This document shows positions 62,605-64,000 of a DNA stretch of 64,000 nucleotides, one piece after another. The notes under the pieces were generated by a model that did no database searches, was not told the origin of the DNA, and saw only the letters and a program-made list of their open reading frames with translations. The stretch spans positions 2,294,001 to 2,358,000 of the forward strand of contig JAUFOQ010000004.1 of the NCBI GenBank assembly GCA_040285855.1, in the 5' to 3' direction. Position 1 is the first letter of the stretch, and each line of letters opens with the position of its first letter. The position numbers and the translations under genes were made by a program. The DNA is from Eukaryota sp. GEM-RC1. Its lineage: Eukaryota.

Positions 62605-63750
62605 CGTATTTCATGTTCTGATATTATCGGATAGCATGTCCGTTGATATAGTAATAACAAATATATATAGACGTGTCTAATTACATTTTAAATAAGCTTT
62701 TGAAGCCGTTTGAAATCTTCTATTCACAAATCTGTTTTCCAATTGTCTGATGAGGATTATAAACTTGAAGATCTGCTTATATTTAACACTATTTCCGACT
62801 CAACAATAGAGGATATCTATATTGAAGTCGCCGTGATGTCCGTTCAGACACCTGTTAAATCATTCTGTTCTTCTCAGTGCTGTCAGAGACGTTAAATTTG
62901 AAATTGTTGACGCTCATGGATTTCATACCCAACTTGAACCCGTATTCACTAAGTGCAGTCTTGATTTAATCAACAATTCTCGTTGAGGTGATGTACATGG
63001 TCCCTTATTGACTAAAGTCGAATTATCCTTTTTTATCCATCAACTTTATGGAACAAAAACAGAAAAACAAACACAAAAACTAGAACTCAATATTATTAAA
63101 GCAACAATCATTGCCATTAAAACCCACATCCGCTTTTTTCTTCATAAAAAACACTGAGAGCTGATGGAGCTTTTGAAATCATAATAGGAATTGTTTTAAA
63201 TATTGTAAAAACAATACGATTCAACCAAAAGCATCATTACTTGAAATCTTTGTGAAAATTGTAAAAGAAACAACATCTAGGATTTTTGACCTTAGATCTT
63301 GGAAATAACGAAACGTGTTTGCTATCTTTAAAGGTATGGTGACTACCGTATCTAGCGCTTTGTTATGTCTTGGCAGACATTATGAGGATAAGGTAGGTGA
63401 AAATTTCCAGTTAGGCAATCTGGACTTTAAGGATATTGATTATTAGATGCATGTACACTGTAGTGTTGTTGTCGATAAAACTAAAATATGAAAAAAAAAA
63501 GTAGGGCGATGATGTCATTTTGTGCGTAGGTTTCCATCAATTTCTGTTAGTAGTTTAGATGTATATTCAACCCAAACTGTGTCGAATTAACCTTGATGTT
63601 ACAACATTAGATCCATGAGCTCAATCATATGTTAACAGCTTAACTTCAAAAGGTTTTATCCACTTCGAAACAGCGGCAAAACGTCAAATAGATTTGTTTT
63701 CCAATGTCGTTACTTTACTCAATCAAAATGAATATTCAAAATTTATACTT
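62605..63750 (+). mobile_element. Degenerate RLE non-LTR fragment (homologue of 25175-25800) interrupted by a 550-bp insertion
   Basis: Collinear with 25175-25800 on both sides of 63031-63580. Confidence 0.7.
63031..63580 (-). mobile_element. Chimeric non-LTR insertion with 14-bp TSD: family A 3' end (minus) + related family 3' end with poly(A) (plus) + ~80 bp unknown
   Basis: TSD GTCGAATTATCCTT (63017-63030) / GTCGAATTAACCTT (63581-63594); the empty site is present at ~25616-25650. Minus strand gives FWLNRIVFTIFKTIPIMISKA..LSVFYEEK..CFNNIEF*; plus strand ~63243-63447 gives ..FAIFKGMVTTVSSALLCLGRHYEDK..FKDIDY*, then A10 at 63491-63500. Confidence 0.75.
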
Positions 63751-64000
63751 GTTCCATTGGCTATATATGTTCTTGGTAGTATCGATGAAATGGCTTCTCA
63801 GTTTTAATTGATAATGTGTCTATCTGTGAGTCTTAGAATAAGAGATTCAGCTTATCTTTTTTTAAATAATGTATTATTTCTCTATTCCGATCGACACTCA
63901 AATATATTTAGCCAATTGTCACATTTAAAATTCAAAATTTGTTCCAGTTCTATTCACAGTCAAAGTCCTTTTCAGATGCTCAGGGACAAAGACTAGGTAC

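Noticed and set aside
1..64000. tRNA, rRNA or snRNA genes
   Set aside because: No recognisable cloverleaf, rRNA or snRNA signatures were seen by eye; a covariance-model scan (tRNAscan-SE/Infernal) would be needed to exclude them.

Overview
AT-rich, gene-dense eukaryotic (protist-like, possibly metamonad) DNA using the standard genetic code. It has very short spliceosomal introns (29 and 31 nt) and many single-base frameshifts, mostly in homopolymer runs and probably long-read consensus errors. Bases 1-5.4 kb hold packed housekeeping genes: Tctex-1 dynein light chain, Sas10/Utp3, Sgf11, a CaCA/NCL-type exchanger and Dcp2. These are followed by a small secreted-protein gene, a young and extremely compact 4233-bp Ty3/Gypsy chromovirus (identical 91-bp LTRs, 4-bp TSD) and a TMEM214-like gene. 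Most of the window (16.6-59.6 kb) is a family of three giant (up to ~4000-4300 aa) predicted surface/membrane proteins. Their architecture is signal peptide, hypervariable LamG-like domains in a conserved beta-solenoid-like scaffold, IPT/TIG-like domains, Cys-rich repeats and a multi-TM C-terminus. The paralogues are mosaics joined at conserved 'hinge' blocks, and two of them form an 8.55-kb inverted repeat with apparent gene-conversion tracts. Intergenic DNA is a patchwork of degenerate RLE-type (CRE/R2-like) non-LTR retrotransposon fragments, including two antisense insertions of one family into the endonuclease-coding motif of other elements. It also holds DNA-transposon remnants and a truncated fungal/CRN-type kinase. 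All homology calls are from recognised motifs only; no database search was run.
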